From positions 1 through 38,104 of IMG/VR virus record IMGVR_UViG_3300045988_057057: DNA of 38,104 bases; one strand, 5' to 3'. The DNA is from a virus. Shown piece by piece: positions 30,754 to 37,819 of this stretch (position 1 is the stretch's first letter; each line of letters begins with the position of its first letter). The notes beneath the pieces were generated by a model. It ran no database searches, was not told the origin of the DNA, and worked only from the letters and a program-made list of their open reading frames with translations. A program made the translations under genes and the position numbers.

Positions 30754-31507
30754 TTAGGAAACCTATATTCATCTGCCCGCGGCTGGTATAAAGCCGAAGT
30801 ACCGACGCCACAGTTGCCGGGATAGCTGCGCTGCGTGCATATTCCAGAACTTCGTCCAGCGTGTCACCGGCTTGAGGCTCTGCGCCTTTGTCTCTCAGCA
30901 TATCAAGCCATTCGGTATAAGCTTCCTCAATTTCTCTTTTTAGCAATAAATCATCAGCGCCGCCCGCGTAGGGCGTAGTTTCCTTTGATTTACTTTGATA
31001 TAATTTACTTTTATTTGATTTACTTTTAGGGGCATCTTCGGGGAGAGAATCGCCATCTTCGGGGAGAGAATCGCCATTTAGGGTACAAACATCTAAACCC
31101 TTGCTTTCTTCAACGTTCAAGAGCCAGATATTTTGATCGACACGCTTATATGAACGCTTTTGTATAGCCTCCATATAACGGCGCTGAATGCCTTTACTCG
31201 TCAACACTCCAACCCTATCAAACAGACTTCTTTCGAATAGTCCAATTTGTAAGCATGTTGCGACTACCGCTTTGATAGTCTCGGCTCTAATACCACCGCC
31301 CATTCTACGTGCCGTAGTGGCCGCATTGGCATAGCTCCACCGATAAAAATAGCCATCAGACGCATAAGCTCGTTGACACAGGTAAAAGTAAATGGAAAAT
31401 CCTATCCATCCTTGAGCGTCAATAAGCTCGTCGATTTTTGTGTCGTTCTCGAAGATGTCGGTATTCCATCCGGCGTAAGATATCCCCGCCTTTGGTTTAC
31501 CTGACAT
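30737..31507 (-). CDS. Replisome organizer / replication initiator (DnaD-like family)
   Basis: N-terminus ISYAGWNTDIFENDTKIDELIDAQGWIGFSIYFYLCQRAYASDGYFYRW resembles phage replisome-organizer N-terminal domains. It has an internal repeat-rich linker. Confidence 0.6.
   Translation of the reverse strand: MSGKPKAGISYAGWNTDIFENDTKIDELIDAQGWIGFSIYFYLCQRAYASDGYFYRWSYANAATTARRMGGGIRAETIKAVVATCLQIGLFERSLFDRVGVLTSKGIQRRYMEAIQKRSYKRVDQNIWLLNVEESKGLDVCTLNGDSLPEDGDSLPEDAPKSKSNKSKLYQSKSKETTPYAGGADDLLLKREIEEAYTEWLDMLRDKGAEPQAGDTLDEVLEYARSAAIPATVASVLRLYTSRGQMNIGFLSAKRR
30984..31077. repeat. Iteron-like repeats inside the replisome organizer gene (candidate origin)
   Basis: ATTTACTT occurs at 30988, 31003 and 31018, an exact 15-bp phasing in an AT-rich stretch. 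It is followed by the 21-bp unit catcttcggggagagaatcgc, present twice in tandem (31033-31053, 31054-31074). Confidence 0.55.
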
Positions 31508-31564
31508 AATGACCTCCTGCGTGGGGGTGGGGCTTCTTTGAGGGAAGCCCCGTATTAGCTGCGA

Positions 31565-32158
31565 TTACTCAATCAGGGGAACAAGATGACCCAGATACGC
31601 TATCGTGATCTCCTCGGCTGAATGATAACGGCGGGAGGCGTGGCGCGGCCTGCCGTTTCGGTCAGTCTCATAGCCGTCTTTGAAGTAATAAACCTTGCCT
31701 TTGTTTGAGTAGTCTGCCAATGTAAGATCACGTATACGCACCATCTTCCCGGTGAACCATTCTTCTTTCTTCGGCTCGTTCCCCAGCAGACGGTCAAAGG
31801 CGAGCTGCGCTCCGGTAGCGAAAACAAACTTATCATCTTTTGAACACGTTGCCTTTGCCACCTCGATTACCTTTTTGCCATCATAGAGACGGGCAAGAAC
31901 AGTGTTGCCCTTGGTTGTGATGACGATCTTAAAGTCGTCGGCAAGGCCTTCAATCCAATCGTCACCCCAAGACCAGCCCATTCCAGTGCAGAGTTCCCCG
32001 ATATCTTCGAGCATACGATACGCATCGTCGCTGACGGACTCAATGGTCATTACTTTTCCTTCCCACTTACGCATCTTAGGGTTAAGAAAAATACCCGAGC
32101 GAGTTGGGCTTGTGAGCTTCGTTTTGATCCTGACACGATCTCCGACTTTATATTTCAT
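31565..32158 (-). CDS. Hypothetical protein (197 aa; internal start)
   Basis: AAAGGAG SD precedes the ATG at 32158 (MKYKVGDRVRIKT). The longer form lacks an SD. Confidence 0.7.
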   Translation of the reverse strand: MKYKVGDRVRIKTKLTSPTRSGIFLNPKMRKWEGKVMTIESVSDDAYRMLEDIGELCTGMGWSWGDDWIEGLADDFKIVITTKGNTVLARLYDGKKVIEVAKATCSKDDKFVFATGAQLAFDRLLGNEPKKEEWFTGKMVRIRDLTLADYSNKGKVYYFKDGYETDRNGRPRHASRRYHSAEEITIAYLGHLVPLIE

Positions 32159-32171
32159 TTGTACTCCTTTC

Positions 32172-32510
32172 TTACAGCGGCAGTTCGTCGCTGACACCCA
32201 TACCGGCAAAGGGGTCATCCCCGTAGTCGCCGGTATATTCCTCATAGTTCATGCACTTCTCGACTTTGGCGTTCACATTGACCTCGGAAATCCATTCGCC
32301 GCGATACTCGCGCTTTGACAGTTTCACGGATTCGACTTCCACGATCCTGAATGTGCCGCCCTCCTCAATGCCGGTCTGACCGCCCTGCGGCCAGATGTTC
32401 ATATAGTCGCGGCCATTCTTGATTTTGAGCAGTTCCCAAGCGCCGTTAGTGCCCTCACCTTTACGCACCATTGAGGAGGTATAGGTTTCGCCTTTTTTGA
32501 TCTCAACCAA
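32172..32510 (-). CDS. Small OB-fold/SSB-like candidate (112 aa)
   Basis: Beta-rich body and an acidic C-terminal tail YGDDPFAGMGVSDELPL reminiscent of SSB tails. It lies next to the RecT-like gene. Confidence 0.4.
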   Translation of the reverse strand: MVEIKKGETYTSSMVRKGEGTNGAWELLKIKNGRDYMNIWPQGGQTGIEEGGTFRIVEVESVKLSKREYRGEWISEVNVNAKVEKCMNYEEYTGDYGDDPFAGMGVSDELPL

Positions 32511-32513
32511 GAT

Positions 32514-33146
32514 TTAATCCTCCAGTGTGATAATGACCTTTTCAGGGGCGGGGACTTCTTCGTAGCCGTTGACGTCCTGCATCTCCTCGACAGTGGGTAT
32601 GCCCTCAAGCTTTTCGGGGCAGAACGTACCGGCGAAGAACGAAGCTGCGCGGTACTTGAACATCACGTCCGGCATGGTTTTCCATTTTGAACCGGACTTG
32701 TCAAGCCATCCCTCGGCCTTGACCATATCCCATGTGACTTCGGGCCCGACACAGAGTTTTCCGGTCGAAAGCCTTGTAGCCTGGGCATAGCAGCCCTTTT
32801 CTGTGGTGATGAACTCCAACGGAGAGAACAGCCCGCACGAATTTATAATGCTGATACAGAATTTGCCGCTCCATGCGGGCTTTCCCTTGACTATGTACAG
32901 ATGCTTCATAACGAGCAGTGGGGGAAAGCTCATGCGGTTTGCAAGGTCAAGTGCTATAAGACAGTTTGCCGGTTTGTTCTTGTATGTCTGCTCCGGAACA
33001 AGGTCTGACGTCGCAAGCATCTTTGCCATCTTGATCCCCTGCGACATCATCTTTGTGTCGTTCCAGATCGTGGGCACTTGCCCGGCGGGCGCTGTGAGCG
33101 CGGTAGATTCCTGCTCCTGCTGCGGAGCTTCTTTTACTTCATCCAC
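32514..33146 (-). CDS. RecT-like single-strand annealing protein (putative)
   Basis: 210 aa. It lies upstream of the SSB-like gene and downstream of the PD-(D/E)xK exonuclease. The motif region LATSDLVPEQTYKNKPANCLIALDLANRMSFPPLLVMKHLYIVKGKPAWSGKF resembles the RecT family as I recall it. Confidence 0.5.
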   Translation of the reverse strand: MDEVKEAPQQEQESTALTAPAGQVPTIWNDTKMMSQGIKMAKMLATSDLVPEQTYKNKPANCLIALDLANRMSFPPLLVMKHLYIVKGKPAWSGKFCISIINSCGLFSPLEFITTEKGCYAQATRLSTGKLCVGPEVTWDMVKAEGWLDKSGSKWKTMPDVMFKYRAASFFAGTFCPEKLEGIPTVEEMQDVNGYEEVPAPEKVIITLED

Positions 33147-33358
33147 GGTGCTACCCCCACAGCGGAGAACTCTTTTACTTCGCCCTCTTCGCCGAATCCC
33201 ACAAGCGCAGCGCGCGCCAGCAGATCGAAAGCGACCATTTCGGGAGCGCCAGCGTTGACAAGAACCGATTTTACCGCGCTGACAATTTCGGCAGTATCAG
33301 CCAAGAGCTCACGTACAGAACCCTCAGCGCGGATTTCACCGTTTTTAGCTGTTATCAT
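33134..33358 (-). CDS. Hypothetical protein (74 aa), paralog of the upstream gene
   Basis: AGGAGG sits 7 nt before the second ATG. ATGA overlap with the upstream stop. The start MITAKNGEIRAEG parallels MITTKRADGKIIVETEG. Confidence 0.6.
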   Translation of the reverse strand: MITAKNGEIRAEGSVRELLADTAEIVSAVKSVLVNAGAPEMVAFDLLARAALVGFGEEGEVKEFSAVGVAPWMK

Positions 33359-33579
33359 TTGCATTCCTCCTGTTTACCAGCAGAAAGGCCACCACTACAA
33401 ATTACGCCAAAAGTGAAACCCGTGGTAACTGAGTTAACAGCTCCTTCGTGCGACATGGAGAAGCTTTCCAAAATCCCAACCATTGCCGCAGTGAGGTGCG
33501 CATATTCTTCGAGGCAATCCCAAACCTCTCCTTCAGTTTCGACGATTATTTTGCCGTCGGCTCTCTTAGTAGTTATCAT
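33355..33579 (-). CDS. Hypothetical protein (74 aa)
   Basis: ORF coupled to its neighbours. Same length and similar N-terminus as the downstream gene. Confidence 0.6.
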   Translation of the reverse strand: MITTKRADGKIIVETEGEVWDCLEEYAHLTAAMVGILESFSMSHEGAVNSVTTGFTFGVICSGGLSAGKQEECK

Positions 33580-34183
33580 TTGTGTTATCCTTTCTTCTAC
33601 GTTTTTTCTTCTTCAATGCCAGATGCAGAGCAAGGCAGGCGTCGGCCAGCTTGTCGTCTATATCCAGATTGAACAGCTTGTACGTACCGTCTTTTTTGAG
33701 CTGGAGTATGAGTATCTGCTCGACCGGCATATCATCGGGCAGCGCACGACGGTACAGGTTTTGCGCCGCGGTATATAAATGCCGGTGTGCCGGGTCAATG
33801 CTGGAAGTGGTTTTGAAGTCAAGCAGCGTCGGTATACCGTCGACAGTGCCGTACCGGTCGAGTGTACCGGCATAGAGCTTGTCCGGGTGACAGACCGCGT
33901 ACTCTATCTTTTTCCACTCCGTGGGATGGTCTTTACGGAACGCAAGGTAAGCTTTGATATAGGGTACGATATCCTCAGCGGCTTCGACTTCGCTGTACTT
34001 GTCCAGCACTTCAAGCGCCTTGTGTACTGCCGTGCCGCGCTCCGCGGCATTGTCAAGCTGAAACTGGGTGATATCTCCGTATATCTCGCGGGACATGAAA
34101 CGTGTGACTTCTGATACGCTGGGGACGGGTTCACCGTCGACCTCATAGGTATGCGACTGATCGAAGAAAACCAGATTTGCCAT
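33566..34183 (-). CDS. PD-(D/E)xK family exonuclease (205 aa; internal start)
   Basis: HTYEVDGEPVPSVSEV, RGTAVHKALE and AGTLDRYG...PTLLDFKT motifs. GGGGTGA SD at 34183. Confidence 0.7.
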   Translation of the reverse strand: MANLVFFDQSHTYEVDGEPVPSVSEVTRFMSREIYGDITQFQLDNAAERGTAVHKALEVLDKYSEVEAAEDIVPYIKAYLAFRKDHPTEWKKIEYAVCHPDKLYAGTLDRYGTVDGIPTLLDFKTTSSIDPAHRHLYTAAQNLYRRALPDDMPVEQILILQLKKDGTYKLFNLDIDDKLADACLALHLALKKKKRRRKDNTNDNY

Positions 34184-34187
34184 GTCG

Positions 34188-34421
34188 TCACCCCGTGTAC
34201 CGGTAAGCAATACCGAACGCCTCGGCGAACAGTTGCGGGTTAGTCCTCAGACAGTCTTTCATATACTCAGCAAAGCACTCGCCGCACATATCGCCGTCGT
34301 CAGTGGTATAGATGTAATCGCCGATATCCTCGCCGCATTTGGGGCACACGCACTGTGTACCAGACGGATAACCGGTGCGGAGCGCCTTCCGGATGTCCGG
34401 CGCGTCGTCTATCTGTCTCAT
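34188..34421 (-). CDS. Small zinc-ribbon protein (77 aa)
   Basis: AGGAGG SD. CVCPKCGEDIGDYIYTTDDGDMCGEC. Confidence 0.65.
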   Translation of the reverse strand: MRQIDDAPDIRKALRTGYPSGTQCVCPKCGEDIGDYIYTTDDGDMCGECFAEYMKDCLRTNPQLFAEAFGIAYRYTG

Positions 34422-34423
34422 GG

Positions 34424-34669
34424 CTACCTCCTGCGGACGGTAGTCCCGTCCGGCATGGTGAAATACTGAGCGTCCATTGCGGCCGGTGCCGGTTCGTAGC
34501 GCTTGCCGTCAAGCTTGCGAACCTTGTCCATGTCCGCCCAGCCGTAAGACTGCGCGATCTCGCGTATCTCATTGGCGCGCTCTGTGATTAAGTCGAGATA
34601 GACGATCACGGCAACCAGCACCAACGCGAGAGCGCCGACGATCAGGACACTTAATGTTTCAATGCTCAT
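34424..34669 (-). CDS. Small membrane protein (81 aa; internal start)
   Basis: ATGA overlap with the upstream micro-ORF. TM helix LSVLIVGALALVLVAVIVYL. Confidence 0.6.
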   Translation of the reverse strand: MSIETLSVLIVGALALVLVAVIVYLDLITERANEIREIAQSYGWADMDKVRKLDGKRYEPAPAAMDAQYFTMPDGTTVRRR

Positions 34670-34803
34670 TTCCCGGCCTCCTGCCATGCTCTTTCACTCG
34701 CCGCGCTGCGCTCCTCCAGCTCAAGCACTCCCTGACGGAAGAGCACACCGAAGAAGTAGAACACCCCGGCAGTGACCGTCAGCCAGCCTAATACACTATC
34801 CAT
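34666..34803 (-). CDS. Membrane micro-protein (45 aa)
   Basis: MDSVLGWLTVTAGVFYFFGVLFRQGVLELEERSAASERAWQEAGK. TAATG overlap upstream and ATGA overlap downstream. Confidence 0.45.
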   Translation of the reverse strand: MDSVLGWLTVTAGVFYFFGVLFRQGVLELEERSAASERAWQEAGK

Positions 34804-34976
34804 TACTTTCTTCTCCTTTTCTCAGCGCTCCGGTATAGGAAATCCTCGGCGCTTGAATAATTGTGGTTTCGCAGGTGCTCTCTTTTAGCTGCGTTCTCGC
34901 GCTCCTGCGCCTTGCCCGCCGGGCAGTCTACATGACAGCCGATGCGGCGCAGCTCACAGTTTTTGCACGGGCTCAT
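34803..34976 (-). CDS. Cys-rich micro-protein (57 aa)
   Basis: MSPCKNCELRRIGCHVDCPAGKAQERENAAKREHLRNHNYSSAEDFLYRSAEKRRRK. It is coupled to both neighbours by overlapping start and stop codons. Confidence 0.5.
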   Translation of the reverse strand: MSPCKNCELRRIGCHVDCPAGKAQERENAAKREHLRNHNYSSAEDFLYRSAEKRRRK

Positions 34977-35224
34977 ATCGCAGCCCTGATTTTTTCTTTC
35001 TCAATGCCGAGAGCCTTTGCGAGCTTGAATATGTCGCAGAGCTTCCAATTGACGGTATTCGTGTCCAGCAGCCTTGAAAACGTGGCGCTGCTGCATCCGA
35101 GATACTTTGCCATATCGGCATTAGTCAATTTAAGAGCTCGCTTGCGTTCAAGGAACAGCCCCATAACATCATCTGCCGGGGGCTTGCCGAGTTTTACGCG
35201 GGACATTGCGGTCTCTCCTTTCAT
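34973..35224 (-). CDS. HTH DNA-binding protein (83 aa)
   Basis: LTNADMAKYLGCSSATFSRLLDTN is an HTH-like segment. ATGA overlap with the upstream gene. Confidence 0.65.
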   Translation of the reverse strand: MKGETAMSRVKLGKPPADDVMGLFLERKRALKLTNADMAKYLGCSSATFSRLLDTNTVNWKLCDIFKLAKALGIEKEKIRAAI

Positions 35225-35391
35225 TCAACCTGAATGTGGTCTGTTTCTTTCCGGCACTTGTAGCAGTACATTGTCTTTACATGGCCGGGGTTCGTCTGAC
35301 CGCGCCATTTTGTAGCGGGTGAACGGCAACCACAGGCGGAGCATTCAAAGATGCGCTTCTGCGGTATGACCGACGCCGGATGTCTACGCAT
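35221..35391 (-). CDS. Small zinc-ribbon protein (56 aa; internal start)
   Basis: CSACGC...CYKCRK. It overlaps the end of the Cro-like gene by 8 nt. Confidence 0.5.
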   Translation of the reverse strand: MRRHPASVIPQKRIFECSACGCRSPATKWRGQTNPGHVKTMYCYKCRKETDHIQVE

Positions 35392-35623
35392 GGGGGTCAA
35401 GCAGATCGTCGACTTTGCATCCGTAGAGTTCTGCAAGTCTGACGACGGTCTCAAGCCGGGGCAGCCACTTGCCCTTTTCCCAACCGCAAACCGTTGTATG
35501 CGAGATACCGAACGTAGCGGCTACTTCTTCTTGAGAATACCCGGCGGCTTTACGTTTTGCCTTGAACGCAGCCGCTTGCCGGGTGGAAACGGCTGATCCT
35601 GTCTTAGCGGTTCTGTTGCTCAT
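35384..35623 (-). CDS. XRE-family HTH regulator (Cro-like, first gene of the early operon)
   Basis: GYSQEEVAATFGISHTTVCGWEKGKWLPRLETVVRLAELYGCKVDDLL. GAAAGGAGG SD. It faces the switch region. Confidence 0.8.
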   Translation of the reverse strand: MSNRTAKTGSAVSTRQAAAFKAKRKAAGYSQEEVAATFGISHTTVCGWEKGKWLPRLETVVRLAELYGCKVDDLLDPHA

Positions 35624-35656
35624 GCTCCTCCTTTCTCGTAATTGTGAGATTTATTA

Positions 35657-35685
35657 TTGACACATGAGCCGGGATGTGATAATTT
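35657..35685 (+). promoter_or_regulatory. Strong sigma-70-type promoter reading rightward, away from the Cro-like gene
   Basis: TTGACA at 35657-35662, a 17-nt spacer, then the extended -10 TGaTAATTT (35677-35685). Confidence 0.55.
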
Positions 35686-35755
35686 GAAAGTGCCACCAAT
35701 CAAATAGCACATCCCACGGCTCATGCTTGCCCCGGTTCGCCGGGGCGGGGATGTG
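35663..35755. promoter_or_regulatory. GGGATGTG operator-like boxes and a 16-bp imperfect inverted repeat bracketing the promoter
   Basis: gggatgtg occurs at 35671-35678 and 35748-35755, and its complement cacatccc at 35708-35715. catgagccgggatgtg (35663-35678) versus cacatcccacggctcatg (35708-35725) forms an inverted repeat with a one-base bulge. Confidence 0.55.
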
Positions 35756-35790
35756 TCAGCGGGGGAAGTCTATCCGCTGACCTATGCAAA

Positions 35791-35919
35791 CACTGCCGGG
35801 AGACATCGCGGTTACGCCTTAATGAGATAAACGGCTATTCTTATTAAGGAGGTAACGGGATGATTTCTGTTCAGTTGAACCGGACGGAGCGGCGCAAGCC
35901 GTTCTGTCTCCCGGCGGTG
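35791..35919 (+). ncRNA. Candidate structured RNA element (multi-helix junction) enclosing an SD and a mini-ORF start
   Basis: A 15-bp helix joins cactgccgggagaca (35791-35805) to tgtctcccggcggtg (35905-35919), with one G-U. An inner 10-bp hairpin (35817-35826 / 35840-35849) covers part of AAGGAGG. An inner 7-bp stem with a GCAA tetraloop lies at 35887-35904. Confidence 0.4.
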
Positions 35920-35937
35920 CTTGTTTCAGACCAATAA
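35860..35937 (+). CDS. Mini-ORF (25 aa) with a strong ribosome-binding site
   Basis: AAGGAGG (35846-35852) sits 7 nt before the ATG. Translation is MISVQLNRTERRKPFCLPAVLVSDQ. Whether it is translated is unknown. Confidence 0.3.
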   Translation: MISVQLNRTERRKPFCLPAVLVSDQ

Positions 35938-36302
35938 AGAGCGCACATCCTTAATTGCTATCCCATGTGCATTGCACATTGTAGAAAGGGGGTGCAGCCA
36001 TTCGCTATGAGTGAAGTTTTCATAACTGCGCTTATTAGTGGCGGCTTTCCACTCTCCGTACCTGAGGCCGGAGACACACATCCGGCTGTTTGATGCGTGG
36101 ATACGCGGAATCACAACCGCGAGTGAGAACGCAAGGACAAGAAGCGCTGGGAATTAGCGCGCTGGTCATGGGACACCAACATGGCCTTGCTGCATCCGCA
36201 TCAGGTAAAATGTGGGGGAGCAAGGGCGGAAATCCCTCCGCCCAAACTCTCTACCGGTCTGCTGACGATTAGATTATATCTCACAAATATGTGTATTTCA
36301 AG

Positions 36303-36332
36303 TTCTAAATCGTGATTTCTCGCGATTTAGAA
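36303..36332. promoter_or_regulatory. Perfect 10-bp inverted repeat upstream of the nuclease gene
   Basis: ttctaaatcg (36303-36312) and cgatttagaa (36323-36332), with a 10-bp spacer, about 55 bp before the start codon. Confidence 0.45.
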
Positions 36333-36386
36333 GAATAAACAAAAGCACAGGTCTAAAACTGTGCAAATTTATAGGAGGAAACTGAT

Positions 36387-37472
36387 GTGGATACCGCCAT
36401 AATTATTTTTTTCGTCTCGATTCCCATACTAACAATTATCTCTGCAATACATGGCTGGGTGGAGGGCAAAAGTAAAGCTAAGAAAGTGGAAGAGGCTATA
36501 TCTCAGTCGGTGAATAATATCCAAAATGCAATCTTAAACGTAAAAAACTCCGAATCCCAGGCGCAACCCTGGCTCGCAAATTATATTTCAGAATTTCAAT
36601 ATGCCGCAGATATGGAAACAGCTAAAATCTTGGGAACAAAAAAGCACCCTGCGTACAAAGCGGCTGATGAAGTAAGAAGAATAGCATTGGAAAAACGAGA
36701 GTTGAATAAAAAATGCAAGATGTACGAATATCAACTCGGATTCTTGGAGACAATGTTTTCTTGGCTACCCACATTTGAAGAAATGCCCCCAGCAATAGCG
36801 GCTCTCAGCACGTATGACGGAGATGACGAGTACGACAAGGTAAGGACTCTTCTTTCCCCTGAAGAATATGCTAAGCTTTCAAGCGCACAAAAAAGCGACT
36901 TGGCTTTAAAAAGATGGAAATCGCGAAAGCGCACCGAGTGGGAGGCCGGGCGCGACTACGAGCGTTACATCGGATACAAGTTTGAATGTAATGGGTATGA
37001 TGTTGAATATGTTGGGGCACTTAACGGGAAAGAGGACAGAGGGATAGACCTAATTGCCAAGAAGGGTAACCACATAGAAATAATACAATGCAAAAGATAT
37101 TCAGCGGTGAAAAATAAATTTGTTCATGAGAATACCGTTGCGCAGCTTTTCGGAGTAACCGCAGTATATAATATGGAAAATCCTAATGAGCACGCGCAAG
37201 CCACTATATATACTTCTTCCGAACTCTCGATTGAAGCAAAGAGATTTGCCAACTATCTGCATATTGATGTAGTAGAAAATGAAAAACTGAAAGATTACCC
37301 GATTATAAAATGCAATAACAGCAAAGGCGGCGAAAAAATATATCACTTACCTTTTGACCAACAGTACGACAAAATAAAAATCAACAAAAAAGGAACAGCA
37401 ATGTATGTAGCAACTGCCGCAGAAGCGGAAAAGCTTGGTTACAGACGGGCTTATAAATGGAAAGGAAATTGA
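36387..37472 (+). CDS. Membrane-anchored Mrr-type (PD-(D/E)xK) restriction-endonuclease-domain protein (361 aa, GTG start)
   Basis: AGGAGG sits 7 nt before the GTG. N-terminal TM helix AIIIFFVSIPILTIISAIHGWV, then a long helical region. Nuclease core is YERYIGYKFECNGYDVEYVG...DRGIDLIAKKGNHIEIIQCKRY. C-terminal segment is GEKIYHLPFDQQYDKIKI...EAEKLGYRRA. GC is much lower than in the rest of the genome. Confidence 0.8.
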   Translation: MDTAIIIFFVSIPILTIISAIHGWVEGKSKAKKVEEAISQSVNNIQNAILNVKNSESQAQPWLANYISEFQYAADMETAKILGTKKHPAYKAADEVRRIALEKRELNKKCKMYEYQLGFLETMFSWLPTFEEMPPAIAALSTYDGDDEYDKVRTLLSPEEYAKLSSAQKSDLALKRWKSRKRTEWEAGRDYERYIGYKFECNGYDVEYVGALNGKEDRGIDLIAKKGNHIEIIQCKRYSAVKNKFVHENTVAQLFGVTAVYNMENPNEHAQATIYTSSELSIEAKRFANYLHIDVVENEKLKDYPIIKCNNSKGGEKIYHLPFDQQYDKIKINKKGTAMYVATAAEAEKLGYRRAYKWKGN

Positions 37473-37819
37473 TGAACACAACACTTGAAAGAATAGTATC
37501 TCTTATGCCGCACGACAAGAACGGCAATATAGAGCATGGAGCACGCAAGGTTTTCGCAGAAAGTATAGGATTGAGAAGCGGAAATCTTATTTCAGACTGG
37601 ATGAATGGTCGGTCAAGTTCCTACAAGAACTACGTGTATGAAATTGCGCTAAAATACGATGTCTCCGTAGATTGGCTGCTTGGCAACAGCGACGAAAAAA
37701 AGAAGCCCACCACCGAAAACGGTGATGGGCTGGATGCAAAGCGGCGCAGGGCGCTAAATCTTATTGAGGCAATGAACGACGAACAGTTGGACGCGCTATT
37801 GAAACTGCTTGGACGTTAA
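37472..37819 (+). CDS. CI-repressor-type HTH protein (115 aa from the ATG at 37472; alternative start at 37457)
   Basis: AAAGGAA SD sits 5 nt before the ATG, which overlaps the nuclease stop (TGATG). FAESIGLRSGNLISDWMNGRSSSYKNYVYEIALKYDVSVDWLLGN resembles the phage CI repressor N-terminal HTH. No peptidase S24 domain. Confidence 0.7.
   Translation: MNTTLERIVSLMPHDKNGNIEHGARKVFAESIGLRSGNLISDWMNGRSSSYKNYVYEIALKYDVSVDWLLGNSDEKKKPTTENGDGLDAKRRRALNLIEAMNDEQLDALLKLLGR

Noticed and set aside
35926-36114. 62-aa minus-strand ORF (GTG start), and 36035-36223 and 36090-36272 in the switch gap
   Set aside because: None has a ribosome-binding site. They overlap mutually and overlap the predicted hairpins, and the sequences are not protein-like. 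They are treated as chance ORFs in GC-rich DNA.
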